Below, in pieces: positions 52,186 to 64,000 of a stretch of DNA of 64,000 bases; positions within the stretch are counted from its first letter, which is position 1, and every line of letters begins with the position of its first letter. The notes below the pieces were generated by a model that did not search any database, was not told the origin of the DNA, and saw nothing but the letters and a program-made list of their open reading frames with translations. The DNA is from Octopus sinensis. Its lineage: Eukaryota. The DNA lies in the NCBI RefSeq assembly GCF_006345805.1, contig NC_043007.1, positions 77,438,974 to 77,502,973 of the forward strand, written 5' to 3'. Made by a program: the position numbers and the translations under genes.

Positions 52186-53771
52186 TTATTTTTTCCTTCT
52201 TTCTTCAAATCTTCTTCCGTTTCTCGCCGAGTGTTTTCCATACACCTAGGGCAGAGAAGGGCATTGTATGCATTCCCAGATTACACGCAAATTCACAGAT
52301 AAAATATGTATTTAAAAATTAATAAATAAATAAATTCATGGATGGATATTATTTTCACAACGATAGTGCTCTTCTCAGTACATGAGCCGTTCCAGTTAAT
52401 ACGATTTTTTGCACTTCCTGTAGGGATGGTAAGCCTGGAATCATTTCCAAATAGGTTTCAGTACCTTTTTTTATCATTCCTAGAGATCCTACAATCACTG
52501 GTACTGTAGTCGCCTTGAGATGCCACATTTTTTTCAATTTCTATTAGCAGGTCTTTATATTTACTAATCTTGTCAAATTCTTTCGCCGCTATATTGTGAT
52601 CACAGGAAATACTCATGTCAATTAATAAACACATCCTTTTTGTCTGATCTTTTATAATGATATCCGGTTTATTAGTTTTTAGTCCTGTCGGTCTGCACGG
52701 GGAAGTCCCATAGAATCGACACATTTTCTCCCTCAGTCACAGCTTCAGGATGATGTTTATACCATTTGTCAGCGGTTTTGATTTTATAATGCCGACATAT
52801 TGTCCAATGTAAATACTGGCCGACTCTGTCATGTCTTGCTTTATATTCTGCAGGTGCTAAGACTCAACACCCTGAGATTAGGTGGTCTATTGTTTCAATC
52901 TTATCGTTACAGAATCGGCATTTTGGGTCAACTCCATTTTTCATCACATTGGCTTGGTAGTTCCGGGTTAATAAGCTTTGGTCTTGAGCAGCTAATATGA
53001 AACCTTCACTCTCTGCTTTTAGCCTTGAGCTTCGTAACCATTGGTGCGTGTGTTTCTGGTCGACATCAGCTTGTTTGCTACGGGCCACATACTTGCCATG
53101 GAGAGGTTTCTGTTCCCATCTGCTAGCTAAATTTTCATGTGCTTTTGTCTTTGCAGTTAATTTTCTTTTCTTTGCAGCTGCAGTTGGCGCATTTCCTTCA
53201 GCCTGATCAATCTGGTGGGTATCTAAGAGATCAGCAGCGAATTTTTTGCTCTCTTTGAGAATAGAGTGGAGTCTTTTCAGTCTTTCATGTTTTTCAACAA
53301 GTTTTAGCATCCAACCGTTGGTTGCTTGAAGGTATTTGGCCAGTCCGATTGTGGTGGTTTTGTATGTAAGTTCAAGCTGGATCAAACCTCGACCTCCCTG
53401 AGCTCTGGGAAGGTAAAGGCGATCCACGTCTGCCTTTGGATGGTGCATCTTATTACAAGTCAGTAGCTTGCGGATTTTTCTGTCAATTTTCATTATTTCA
53501 CTGGTATTCCAGTTAAGCACATTGAAGCTATATAGAACAACTGGTACTGCTAAGAAATTTATGGCTAACACCTTATTATATGCATTCAGCTCAGACTTCA
53601 GGACTGCTCGTACTCTTCTATAACATTCTTTCCTAACCTTCTCTTTCATGCTTGCATGCTAGATACCAGAGCCTTCATTTATTCCTAGGTATTTATAGGT
53701 TTGTTCCTGCTCAAGTTCCTTTATTATTATTTCGACATCTAATTCGATTGAACTAGACTTTACCAATTTCC

Positions 53772-53772
<1 letters not shown>
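52186..53772 (-). mobile_element. 5'-truncated R4/Dong-like element
   Basis: YKYLG, HHPKADVDRLYLPR..GGRGL, CRFC..ETIDHLISGC, NKPDIII, LIDMSI..KEFDKISKY, GTAHVLRRALSL*. Bounded by (ATT)n on both sides. Confidence 0.92.
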
Positions 53773-53833
<61 letters not shown>

Positions 53834-53836
<3 letters not shown>

Positions 53837-55032
53837 TAGTTTTATTTTTATAGCGTGCTTTCACTTCACTACCGAGCGCAGCTCTGTGTGCCTTGGGTAT
53901 GTGCTGTGATTTGTTGTGATGCTCTGATGGTTATTGTATGGAAAGTGTTCTGCGTAGGATGTGTGCAGTGCCTAGTAGTGCAATTTTCTGTATGTTATAT
54001 GTGTTTGTAAGTCCTGGTGTTTTTGTTATGTATTTGTCTGAATATTTTTTATCATGCCTAATGCACCTACTATGATAGGAATTGTTTCTGTTTTCAGATT
54101 CCACATTCTAGTTACCTCTATTTCCAGGTCTTTGTATTTTGAGAGTTTCTCCATTTCTTTTGGAGACACGTTGTCATCAGCCGGTATTGATACATCAATT
54201 AGAAAGCATTTTTTTTCTTCGTGGTCTCTGACAACTATATCTGGTCTGTTGGCCTTACTTTCTCTATCTGTGTGTATCGGCATATCCCAGAGTATGGTTG
54301 CTTTCTCGTTTTCTGTGACCTTTTCTGGTGTGTGCCTATACCATATTTTTTCTGTTGTTATTCCATAATGTTGGCATAGCTTCCAATGTATGTAGGTTCC
54401 AACTCTGTCATGTCTGTGAATATATTCCTTCTTAGCCAGGACTGGGCAGCTAGAGATAATATGATTTATTGTTTCTTGTCCATCTCCACATATTCTGCAG
54501 TTACTTGTAATATTTCTTTTCATTACATGTTTTTGGTAATTTCTGGTGGGGAGGCTTTGGTCTTGTGCTGCAATTAAAAATCCCTCTGTCTCTGCTTTGA
54601 GTCCTGAGCTTCTCAACCATTGCTGGGATTTTTCTTTGTCTATTTCTTTTGCGTTTAGTTTAGTGCAGTATTTACCATGAAGGGGCTTTTCTTGCCATCG
54701 TTTTATCATGGTTCGTTGCTGTTCTATTTTTAGTTTGGATTTCATTTGTTTTATAGCTTTTGTTGTTTCTTCATCTTCTTCTTCTTCATGTTTATTAGGT
54801 GGTATGATTTCTTGTTTGTATTTGTCAGCTTCCTTAAATACTGAGAACAGTTTTTTGTTTTGCTCGTGTTTTGCCGCTATTTGTATCAGTTTTCCTTCCT
54901 TCTGAAGTAGATATTTTTGCAGTCCTATGGTGGTTATTTTATAGTAGTTTTCCAGCTGTATACCACCTTCTATACGTTGTATATATAGTCTTTCTATGTC
55001 AGATTTTAGGTGATGCATCCTAGATCCTGTCA
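53834..55032 (-). mobile_element. 5'-truncated R4/Dong-like element
   Basis: 335-aa ORF with CRIC..ETINHIISSC, RHD, ANRPDIVV and LIDVSIP..KEMEKLSKY (CCHC plus PD-(D/E)xK RLE). Bounded by (ATT)n. Confidence 0.93.
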
Positions 55033-55041
55033 TTATTTTTC

Positions 55042-55385
<344 letters not shown>

Positions 55386-55468
55386 TTTTTAAAAGGATTG
55401 ACGTAACTCTTCACAAAGGTAAACAGTCAAGACGAAGAGCGCGATTCGATTGTAAGATATTTTATTGG

Positions 55469-55511
55469 TTGAACGATATTTCAACAGCACGTCTGTCTTT
55501 GTCAAGTTCAA
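55469..55511 (-). ncRNA. Minimal type I hammerhead ribozyme motif, U3:A8 variant, in the 3' pLTR of a PLE
   Basis: Minus strand: UUGAAC-UUGACAA-A-GACAG(ACGUG)CUGUU-GAAA-UA-UC-GUUCAA, followed by AAUAAA. Perfect 6-bp stem I, palindromic AUAU, about 240 nt downstream of a GIY-YIG ORF on the same strand. Confidence 0.85.
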
Positions 55512-56027
55512 AATAAGAAGTGATAAAAATTCAAAATTATAGAAATTTAAACGTAAAGTATGAACGAGAGCAACCAGCGTCCATATGTTGATGGAATGAC
55601 ATCATCAGTTTTTAAGTTACAATTTTATAACAGGCGGAAAGGAAAAGACAGAAATAAACAGAAAAAAGAAGACGACAGAAAAAAGGAAAGAAAAAGAGAG
55701 AAAGAAGAATATTTAATCAAACAGTTTTGTATAAATTTGATGATATTCTCATGTCATCTTATTCAATCCTCCAGGGCGTGATGTTAATAACCCGCAAACG
55801 TATTTCTCCTCATACATTCTGAGAAGTGAAAGTGAAGTAGATTCAGAATATTTTCTGAGAATATGCACTTTCAAGTCTTCTTTAAAATTGAAGCCGCTTG
55901 AAACGAAATGTTCAGCAAGTTCTGTCGAACTACTGTTATTGTGCCTGACGTCGAATCTGTGCCCATTAAACCTTTTGTTTAGTTGTTAAGTTGTGTTTCG
56001 TGCATTCTGCAGCGTACACCAAATGGG

Positions 56028-56414
56028 TGGAGGCGCAATGGCCCAGTGGTTAGGGCAGCGGACTCGCGGTCGTAGGATCGCGGTTTCGATTCCCAGACCG
56101 GGCTTTGTGCGTGTTTACTGAGCGAAAACTCCTAAAAGCTCCACGAGGCTCCGGCAGGGGATGGTGGTGATCCCTGCTGTACTCTTTCACCACAACTTTC
56201 TCTCACTCTTACTTCCTGTTTCTGTTGTACCTGTATTTCAAAGGGCCGGCCTTGTCACTCTCTGTGTCACGCTGAATATCCCCGAGAACTACGTTAAGGG
56301 TACACGTGTCTGTGGAGTGCTCAGCCATTCACACGTTAATTTCACGAGCAGGCTGTTCCGTTGATCGGATCAACCGGAACCCTCGTCGTCGTAACCGACG
56401 GAGTGCTTCCATCC
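56028..56414 (+). mobile_element. SINE family C, 12-bp TSD, inside the PLE GIY-YIG ORF
   Basis: TSD acaccaaatggg at 56016-56027 and 56415-56426. Confidence 0.93.
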
Positions 56415-56900
56415 ACACCAAATGGGAATCTTTACATGTTCCACCTTCTGTATAAATCATAACATTTCTGTTAAGATTTCTAATGAAATTCACTTCACTC
56501 ATGTTGTTGCACAACGAACAAGGCTCACTTTTCTTGCGGCTGTTCTTTAAGGTACAGCGTGCAGATACTCCAACGTTCGTTTTCTTGGAGTCAGATATAG
56601 AGGTCAATCATTCTCTTATATAGGCGGCGGGTGATGCAAAAGTTGGTATACAATAAGTAGCACATCTATGTTATACTTAATTCATTAAAATTATTAGCAC
56701 ATTAAATTAGTTAGCCTCGTTTTCCATATTTTCAGTGTCATCCCATAAATAATGCGGTTTTTTCAATTGCATGGACTTAAAAGTCGGAGGAGTACGGGAT
56801 CAAATACCTGCATCAACTTGCTATAAAAGCAGGTGGTAATTTTACCTTATCCTTATTCTTAGTGCAAGTTTTGAAGAGTGCAGTTCGATTTTATCAGTTA

Positions 56901-57292
56901 CTAGCAGTATCGCCCGGCGTTGCTCGGGTTTGTAAGGGAAATAACTATATAAGCATTTTTAGAGAGTTATAGCCAAGAAATAGCAAAAAAATGCATTAAA
57001 AATAGGAAAAAATGATGGTAAATTTTTTTTTAAATCGTTGACTCATCGTATACATTTTTAGAGAGTTACTTATTTAATAGCGAAAAAAATGCATTAAAAT
57101 GGAAAAAAATGATAGTAAATTTTTTTAATATCGTAGACTCATCGTAGACGCGCGCTAATACCCAGACGGGCTCGATATGAATCACGACTATAAGATACCC
57201 GGTTTTGGTTAAACTGCACCGCAAAATGTGGGAGTAGTTAGGAATCTAAATCGTAGGAGACAGACACACAACCTTACTTTTATATATAAAGA
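56901..57292 (-). mobile_element. Non-autonomous Helitron, same family
   Basis: Reverse complement matches 50998-51392; inserted between A and T. Confidence 0.85.
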
Positions 57293-57408
57293 TTTTTTCG
57301 AAGCTATAATGGAAGTGACAAAGGAGCATATTCGGCGTATTTTGTTTTATGAGTCCAATAAAGGCAACAACGGAACCGGAAGTGCGAGTAGTATTAATGC
57401 AGTATATA

Positions 57409-57641
57409 TATTTCTTTACTACCCACAAGGGGCTAAACACAGAGGTGATAAACAAGGACAGACATTTAATTAAGTCGATTACATCGACCCCAGTGCGTAA
57501 CTGGTACTTAATTTATCGACCCCGAAAGGATGAAAGGCAAAGTCGACCTCGGCGGAATTTGAACTCAGAACGTAACGGCAGACGAAATACGGCTTCGCAT
57601 TTCGCCCGGCGTGCTAACGTTTCTGCTAGCTCGCCGCCTTA
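57409..57641 (-). mobile_element. SINE family A monomer with 16-bp TSD
   Basis: TSD attaatgcagtatata at 57393-57408 and 57642-57657. Confidence 0.92.
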
Positions 57642-57956
57642 ATTAATGCAGTATATAGGGATCAGACAAGAAGCGTGAGGGACAAGTGAATTTTGGAAGA
57701 GGGCCCTTGCACGTCTTCCAGATGGATGGAAGAGCAATGTAGAAAATGAAGGAGAGTATATTTTAGATTAAAAAAAGAATGAAAAAACCGCGTTATTTAT
57801 GGACTGACCCAATATATTTATCACAACTATAATAATACTTATAAGCATAACTTAGAATTGTTTTAATAAAAATAAATGACCATTGTACATCTTTTCTTTT
57901 TTCATAACTGTATACCTACTTTTGCACTACCCTGTATATGTGTGTGTATGTATGTA

Positions 57957-57998
<42 letters not shown>

Positions 57999-58008
57999 CA
58001 TACATACA

Positions 58009-58044
<36 letters not shown>

Positions 58045-58054
58045 TATATATACA

Positions 58055-58540
58055 TGAGAGGTATCGGTATCCGGAAGACCCAAGTTGGCAGGTAAGGCGA
58101 TATAAGTGCTACGGGAGGACCGTAGTTAGACTCTCTGTTCGATAATAATACGAGTGAGGAGTCTAATGCGGGTCTTCTATGAGCATGTATATGTTAAATA
58201 AAATGAGACAACAAAACCAAGACTGTGTGGAATTTAGAGGACATTTATTAAAAAGAATGGTAGTCTTACAGCTGTTTCTGGGATATTAAGGATATCCCTT
58301 CATCGGCGACGATTTGAGAGAGTTAACTAGAGGGAAATAGAGTTCAATATAAGGAGTTATTTTGGAAAACGATGTATATAGGAAGTATAAAAGGAAATAA
58401 GAGAATAAATATAGAAGTAAAAATATATGTAGGATGTTACAGTTGCAGTTCTATTATCTAAGGAAAGTGGTATTTAGAATGGGTAGAAATGCTTCTTGTC
58501 CATAGTATGTAGATTCCGATAGGAGTTCATATTTTGTTAT
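58055..58540 (-). mobile_element. pLTR-like element with HHR, ending in (TA)n
   Basis: HHR, then AATAAA, then TA/CATA microsatellite on the element strand. Confidence 0.55.
58261..58312 (-). ncRNA. Minimal type I hammerhead ribozyme motif (decayed core CCGAUGA)
   Basis: Minus strand: UCGUCG-CCGAUGA-A-GGGAUAU(CCUUA)AUAUCCC-A-GAAA-CAGCUG-UA-AGACUA, with AAUAAA downstream. 7-bp stem II, palindromic ACAGCUGU, imperfect stem I. Confidence 0.7.
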
Positions 58541-59024
58541 TACAAGTGGATAGTGTAGACATAAATTCCATAAATTCGTTCAAAGGTGTCCTATGGTCTT
58601 GTGTAGAAGTTGACGTGTGGTTTTTCATGAGATGTATGCACACATGTGTGTGTATGTGTGTGCGTGTGTCTGTGGCCAAACAGTGTGTATATGTACGGAG
58701 TATATATGCGGGCGAAAGTTATTTTTGTCTATGTATGTTGCGTGTTTTAAAGAGTGTAGCGTGTATATGTATATATAGCCTGTGTTCAGGAATTATGTGC
58801 TTGTGTGTGTGTGTGGGAATGTGCATGATAGCATATAGTCTGTTCTGAGTTTAGCAGTGTATGTGGTTGCTCATAGTGGTACGAGGGGTGATGCTATTGA
58901 AGATTGTACGTAACTATGTGGATGATGGTGTGTGGTGTGGGTGCTGGGAAGTGGTCAATGCTAGTTTGTGAAGAGTGGTATGGGGTTGGTATCAAATGAA
59001 GAGAGGAGATGAGGTTGGTGTCAG

Positions 59025-60515
59025 ATGAAGTGAGTTGCGCTCATGTGGAGCAAAGGAGCGAAGAGAAAAGATTAATTCCGGTTCATGGCAAAGGCGAGAG
59101 TCCGGATGGCCACTGTGCAAAGACAGTCTGAACGCAGACAGAAGTTGTAGCGAATGACCGGTAGAGTGGAAATGGAGCGAGACCTGGGTGTCATTGCCGA
59201 GTCTGATGTCTCGGAGTTATTCTGCAAACCGGTCGGCCAAGCGGCGTCCCGTTTGACCGATATACAGGGAAGGATAGAGAAAATAGGAGATGCAGTAAAT
59301 GACGTTACTAGAAGTGCAGGTAAAGGAGTCGGTGGTGTGATAATATGGTAATGGGTACCTGTGAGGATGGTGGTGTTGGAGAGGTAAGGGCAAGTGCGAC
59401 AGCGTGGGCGGGATCAGGGCAACAAGCCAGGCTGGGAAGTTGGGTTGGGGAAGAAAGTGTGGACCAGGAGGTCAAGCAGATTATGGGCTCATATGAAGGA
59501 GGGAAGGAGTTAGTTGGGGAAGATATGTGAGGTGGAGGGGTCGGACTGGAGTCGCTGGAAGGCTCGGAGAATGGGCGTTAGAAGGGCAGGGAAGAGGGGT
59601 GGTAGGTGAGGGGAAACGGAAGACGGGCAACGACGGGGCGGGTGCGAGGAGAAAGAACAGCGGCACGGTCCACAGATCGTCCCCTGACAAGGGCAGTGTG
59701 GACAGTGGTGAAGGGATATTCACGTCGGATGAAGTGGCGTGCCATGAGTTGAGACTGAGTCTCAAAGTCATGGTTGTCACTGCAGAGCCCGCGCAGATGG
59801 AGGAATTGGGAGTAGGAAATGGAGAGCTTGGTGTGGGTAGGGTGGAAGGAGGATAAGCTAATGTAGGAGTGCGTGTCAGTGTTTGTAGTGGATGGAGGTA
59901 ATGAGAGCGATGAGGTGTATTCTGACAGAAATGTCGAAAAATTCGATGGAAGAGTTAGTGATGGCACAGGAGGATTCGAAGGCAGGATAGAAGGATTGGA
60001 CAAAAGAAAGGAAGGAGTCTAGTTGTTTGCGGGAGAGTGAGGTCGTGTCGATACATTCATTGATATAACGACCGTATAGTTAGGGAGTGGGACTAGTGAA
60101 TTGTGAGAATATTTGGGCTTCAACGTAGCCAACGAACAGGTTCGCTTAGTTGGGGGCCCATTCTCGTTCCCGTGGCCACCTACGAGACCTATTGGTAAAA
60201 ATCCCCCGCGAACAAGAAGCAGTTGAGGGAGAGAACAAGTTCAGTCAGACGAAGAAGTGTGGAGGTGTCACGTTGGGGGTCAGGTCGAAGGTCCAGAAAG
60301 TATTTCAGCGCAAGAAGTCCTTCGTTGTATGGGATCACCGTATATAAATTCTTGATATCAAAAGTGAACAGAAATTAGAGGGGCCGGAAGGGAAGAAGAA
60401 AGAGTTAAAGAGATGGAGAGCATGGTTAGTGTCGTAGATGTGGGAGGGGAGGGAAGCCATTATATATGTAGAGAGAGTGTGTTCGGAGTTAAATTCAACG
60501 ATATTTTATGTCTCT
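59025..60515 (-). mobile_element. Penelope-like element (Neptune-like), RT + GIY-YIG, degenerate, 5'-truncated
   Basis: FTFDIKNLYTVIP, GTRMAP..ANLF, RYINEC, DTHSYISLSSFHP..YSQFL, RLPFPLTYHP, CRTC, NVIYCI..LYIGQTGRRLADRFAE. Confidence 0.92.
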
Positions 60516-60519
60516 TTTT

Positions 60520-60787
60520 CCAGTAACCGCTTCGTTTCTCTTTTTCATTCAGCATCTTTTTTCCGGTCATTTCATCATCTTAAACCGTTAATCCCTACAC
60601 ATTCTTTCTCTATCCGTTTCCCCCACGCCCTTTTGTTCTTACTCCGCTGTTTTTCTTCCTCTTTAGCCTTTCTATCGAAGAGCGTAGGCTCGAAACGTCA
60701 AAGACTTTTCCATTCTTCCCGAGCGTTAAACTAATACACCTGATTGTGTTCCTTTACCTGTCTTCGTCTTTTGTTTTCTGTGAATTT

Positions 60788-60791
<4 letters not shown>
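60520..60791 (+). mobile_element. Inverted PLE pLTR (family 1) with HHR, ending in (TA)n
   Basis: Abuts the 5' truncation of the minus-strand PLE ORF in the opposite orientation; homologous to 21830-22020. Confidence 0.75.
60666..60705 (+). ncRNA. Minimal hammerhead motif (PLE pLTR family 1, decayed core CUAUCGA)
   Basis: GCCUUU-CUAUCGA-A-GAG(CGUAGG)CUC-GAAA-CG-UC-AAAGAC; homologous to the 21923-21960 copy. Confidence 0.65.
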
Positions 60792-60821
<30 letters not shown>

Positions 60822-60822
<1 letters not shown>

Positions 60823-61215
60823 TAGCAGTATCGCCCGGCGTTGCTCGGGTTTGTAAGAGAAAAAACTATATTACCATTTTTAAAGATGTAAAGTATAATA
60901 GCCATCTTAATATGGCTAACCACAAAGGGAGTGTTACTGTAGCTTTTTACGTTCTGAGATTTAATAATACATTTTTAGAGAGTTACTTCCCTTATATAAT
61001 AGCAAAAAAATGCATTAGAAATGGGAAAAAATTATGGTAATTTTTTTTTTAAATCGTAGACTCATCGTAGACGCGCGCTAATACCCAAAAGGGCTCGATA
61101 TGAATCACGACTATAAGATACCCACTTTTGGTTACACTGCACCGCAAAATGTAGGAGTAGTTAGGAATTTAAATCGTAGGAGACAGACACACAACTTCAC
61201 TTTTATATATAAAGA
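60822..61215 (-). mobile_element. Non-autonomous Helitron, same family
   Basis: Same termini; TA tracts on both sides. Confidence 0.85.
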
Positions 61216-61414
61216 TATATATATATATATATAGTGTTGAACTAAACGTAACCATATTTCATGTCTCCTTTTTCCCTATGAGGAATTACCATGGATGTTT
61301 ATTCTACTTGCATTTATTGGTGTCTCATTCTTTGAAATAGTTTACTAAGAGCATTTAACATTGAGTGCTTTATTGATATCAGTCTGGATTTTTTATCCCT
61401 TTTACTGCTTATAT

Positions 61415-62521
61415 ATACAGGGGGCGGTGAATAAACTGTCGTCTATATTACGCAAAAATAAAAATAACACTGACATCTCATTTAGCATATACAGGGTGTT
61501 CAAAACGTCTCTCCGCAGTAAGTATTTTATTGCAAAATACATATTTATAAAATGGTATACGGCTACAAAAGAATATATTGGACTTTACAAGACTTTAAAA
61601 ACTTTATAAGAGGTGTTGAAAGTGTCGTCCTTCATTTTCAATACATAAGCAGACTCTTCTACACATGTTTTGAAATACATCTTGGAGAGTCTGAGTCTCT
61701 TAGTGTCAGGATGAAATAAATTCACTGCGGAGAGATATTTTGAACACCCATAAAAATATCTTGAAATACTAAAGAGTAAATCTATTCAATAAAATTGCCA
61801 TTGGGTTCAACCACAGCCTCCAGACGACTTCGGAATCTCTTGCAACTCTTCTGGACGGTCTCCTTGTTTAGGTTGGTGAATGCTGCCATAATCCTTTCCT
61901 TCAGTTCATCTTTGGTGTTACAAGGAGTTTAGTTGGTCTCTTGCTCAACTGCACCCCAGGCATAATCATCAAAAGGATTGCAATTGGGGAGTTAGATGAC
62001 CAGATGTTAGGGATGATGTGGCCGCACAAATTGTCTGATAGCCATGACTGGGTTCTCCAGCTTGTGTGGCATGGTGCAGACTCCTGTTGCCAGACACAGA
62101 GCCTTCCAGCAACCACCCTCTTCATCCTGGGAAGCACTACATCCTCCAGGCACTTGATGTAGGTCTCTGTATTGAGTCTGAGGCCGTGTGGAAAGATGAA
62201 TGGAGGTATAACGTCGCCATCACTAGTGATCACTCCAAACACCATGATGTTGACTGGATGTTTGATTTTTATCACTATCGGTACATGTTCGTTTTGGAGC
62301 TTCCTGCTCTTCGTTTTAGAGCTTCCGGCACGAATTCCAAGCAGTACAGCATGTCTTTTCCAAATTTCTGGCAGAGTGAACTGCATCATGGTGCTGTTTT
62401 GCTAACAGACTGTGCCCAACTGACCCTACTATACTGTGTAGTCGACAAAATGAAACTACAATGCGCGTGCGCGAAATTACAAATATAAAATGGTGACAAT
62501 TTACCCATCATATCCTGTATA
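61415..62521 (-). mobile_element. maT (DD37D-like) element, internally deleted, with decayed TIRs
   Basis: HPVNIMVFGVITSDG..FPHGLRLN..WQQESAPCH..W..NSP; imperfect TACAGG.. TIRs at about 61415 and 62520. Confidence 0.85.
61491..61750 (-). mobile_element. Nested Tc1/mariner-derived MITE
   Basis: ~27-bp TIRs AGGGTGTTCAAAACGTCTCTCCGCAGT / ACTGCGGAGAGATATTTTGAACACCCA; retains the transposase C-terminus MCRRVCLCIENEGRHFQHLL*. Confidence 0.8.
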
Positions 62522-62869
62522 TATATGATATACTTCTTTCAGTGTCTGTCAACTAAATCCACGGACAAAGTTTTGGTCAACCTGTGACGACAGTCGAAGA
62601 CATTTGGCTAAAGTATCACGCGGTGGAAGTGAACAAGCAACTATATTTCTGGGAAGCAAACTTTTTACAGCACAGCTATGCCTGCTGTAAGCAATGTTAA
62701 GTATTTTATGTACAAGTAGATAGCGGAGAATTAAGTCAAAAGCTTTGTTGATGCTGACGTTAAGTAGAATACTGTGTATTAGTTTAAGTGTTATTCTTAT
62801 TTGCTAAACTTCAACTATAACAATTGGAATACTTAACAATAAAAATGATGTAATGTATGCTAGCTATGG

Positions 62870-63790
62870 CCATTCCGCCTTTTAGGCAATGAAATACCAA
62901 CGAAAAGTCACAGATGCACATGGCACAATAATCCAACTGCTCATAATACAGTAAATAGTTCCAATCCTGTACAACACACTAGATGAAGTAAGTCAAACAA
63001 CAGATATAGAAAGCATGATGTTCTCTGGTTCAACCCAATTTTCGGTTCGCAAGTATCAACCAAGATTGCCGGAAAATTTGATACCACTTTGGACAAATGT
63101 TTTTCCCGAATCTAATAGATACCATGCTATTTTTAATCGGTACACCGTGAAGGTATCCTACGCTAACTCTGCTAATTTAGAGCAGCATATGCATCGCGTA
63201 AACAACAGCAAAATGCGACAACAGTTTAATAATCCACCTACTGGATCTAGCAAAAATATATGCACCTAAATACCAACAAAGGAGATGTAAGTCGCAATGA
63301 AAAGCATCATATACGGCTAAATTTTGATAGTAGAAGTTATTATGATATAGCTAACACGGTAACAATATCGGAAAGGGAAGTCAGAACTGCCATATATACA
63401 AATAAATTTGATAACTGCTCATACAGAGAAAAATCATAATGCCCATTGATGAACCTCTATATAAGTACAAATCTTGTATATAGATGTACCGTGCATACAA
63501 GGGGAGGGTTGTATGTTTATATTGGGCAGACGGCTGATTCATTTAAGAATCGTTATCGTAACAACGTTGCTTTTTTTTATCCGAAATGAGAAGAAACATT
63601 GCAGAACTGTTATTTTAACGAGTTATGTCTATTATCATCCGAAGAGACACATCTGCACTGCCGGCTGCTCCTGAACCAGTTGTTAAGTGTTCCACCCGTA
63701 AGTGATCGATACTAGATGTGTCATAACAATTGTCGTGATTACTAAAATTCTCCTATCTCCTATCTTCTATCTTCCGTCTTTCGTTCACGT
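62870..63790 (+). mobile_element. Penelope-like element fragment (Naiad/Chlamys-like thumb + GIY-YIG)
   Basis: RYRKHDVLWFNP..KIAGKF..IFNRYTVKVSY, CPL, LVYRC..VYIGQTADSFKNRYRN. Confidence 0.8.
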
Positions 63791-63799
63791 ATATATATA

Positions 63800-63881
<82 letters not shown>

Positions 63882-64000
63882 AGCTTAGAGAAGAAGAAGA
63901 AACGAAACGAAACGAATCGAATCGAATCGACGCGAGGGCGCTGAGTCATACAATAGTGTAATAAATAAAATATATGCATACATACAAACATATATGTACG

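Larger units (their letters stand above)
55390..56600 (-). mobile_element. Penelope-like element 3' part (Cys-rich linker + GIY-YIG + pLTR with HHR), split by a SINE
   Basis: After removing the SINE and its TSD: SEPCSLCNNM..GGTCKDSHLVYAAECTKHN..RFNGHRF..ELAEHF..LLTSRPGGLN. The HHR and AATAAA lie downstream. Confidence 0.85.
56730..57814 (+). mobile_element. Internally deleted mariner, interrupted by a Helitron and a SINE
   Basis: TIRs (gtca.cccataaataa.gcggtttttt); N-terminus MEVTKEHIRRILFYE..INAVY; C-terminus LARLPDGW..ENEGEYILD*. Confidence 0.8.

Noticed and set aside
63400-63470. Possible selenocysteine UGA in the Naiad-like PLE
   Set aside because: The in-frame stop is TAA at a non-Cys position and the Cys sites have decayed to TAY; no UGA-for-Cys is seen.

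Overview
AT-rich, microsatellite-dense eukaryotic DNA. The SINE repertoire and simple-repeat load look like an octopus (cephalopod) genome; this is inferred, not database-checked. A 100-N scaffold gap lies at 13528-13627. The only intact host gene I can support is a class A GPCR with an intronless CDS (27311-28540, +). Most other interpretable sequence is transposon debris: R4/Dong-like RLE retrotransposons in (TAA)n, Tx1/L1-like LINEs, Penelope-like elements (PLEs) of at least two lineages, maT and mariner DNA transposons, non-autonomous Helitrons, MITEs and several modular tRNA-derived SINE families. The most notable signal is seven minimal type I hammerhead ribozyme (HHR) motifs, plus weaker candidates, from about six unrelated PLE terminal-repeat (pLTR)-like families. 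They include a U3:A8 compensatory variant next to a PLE GIY-YIG ORF and a family with a non-canonical U6. Other highlights are a 28S rRNA fragment ending near the hidden-break region inside a LINE ORF1, a ~540-bp non-coding (TAA)n-targeted element, a head-to-head pair of tRNA-only SINEs, and a ~790-bp palindrome linked to a pLTR end. All calls were made by eye, and most repeat boundaries are approximate.
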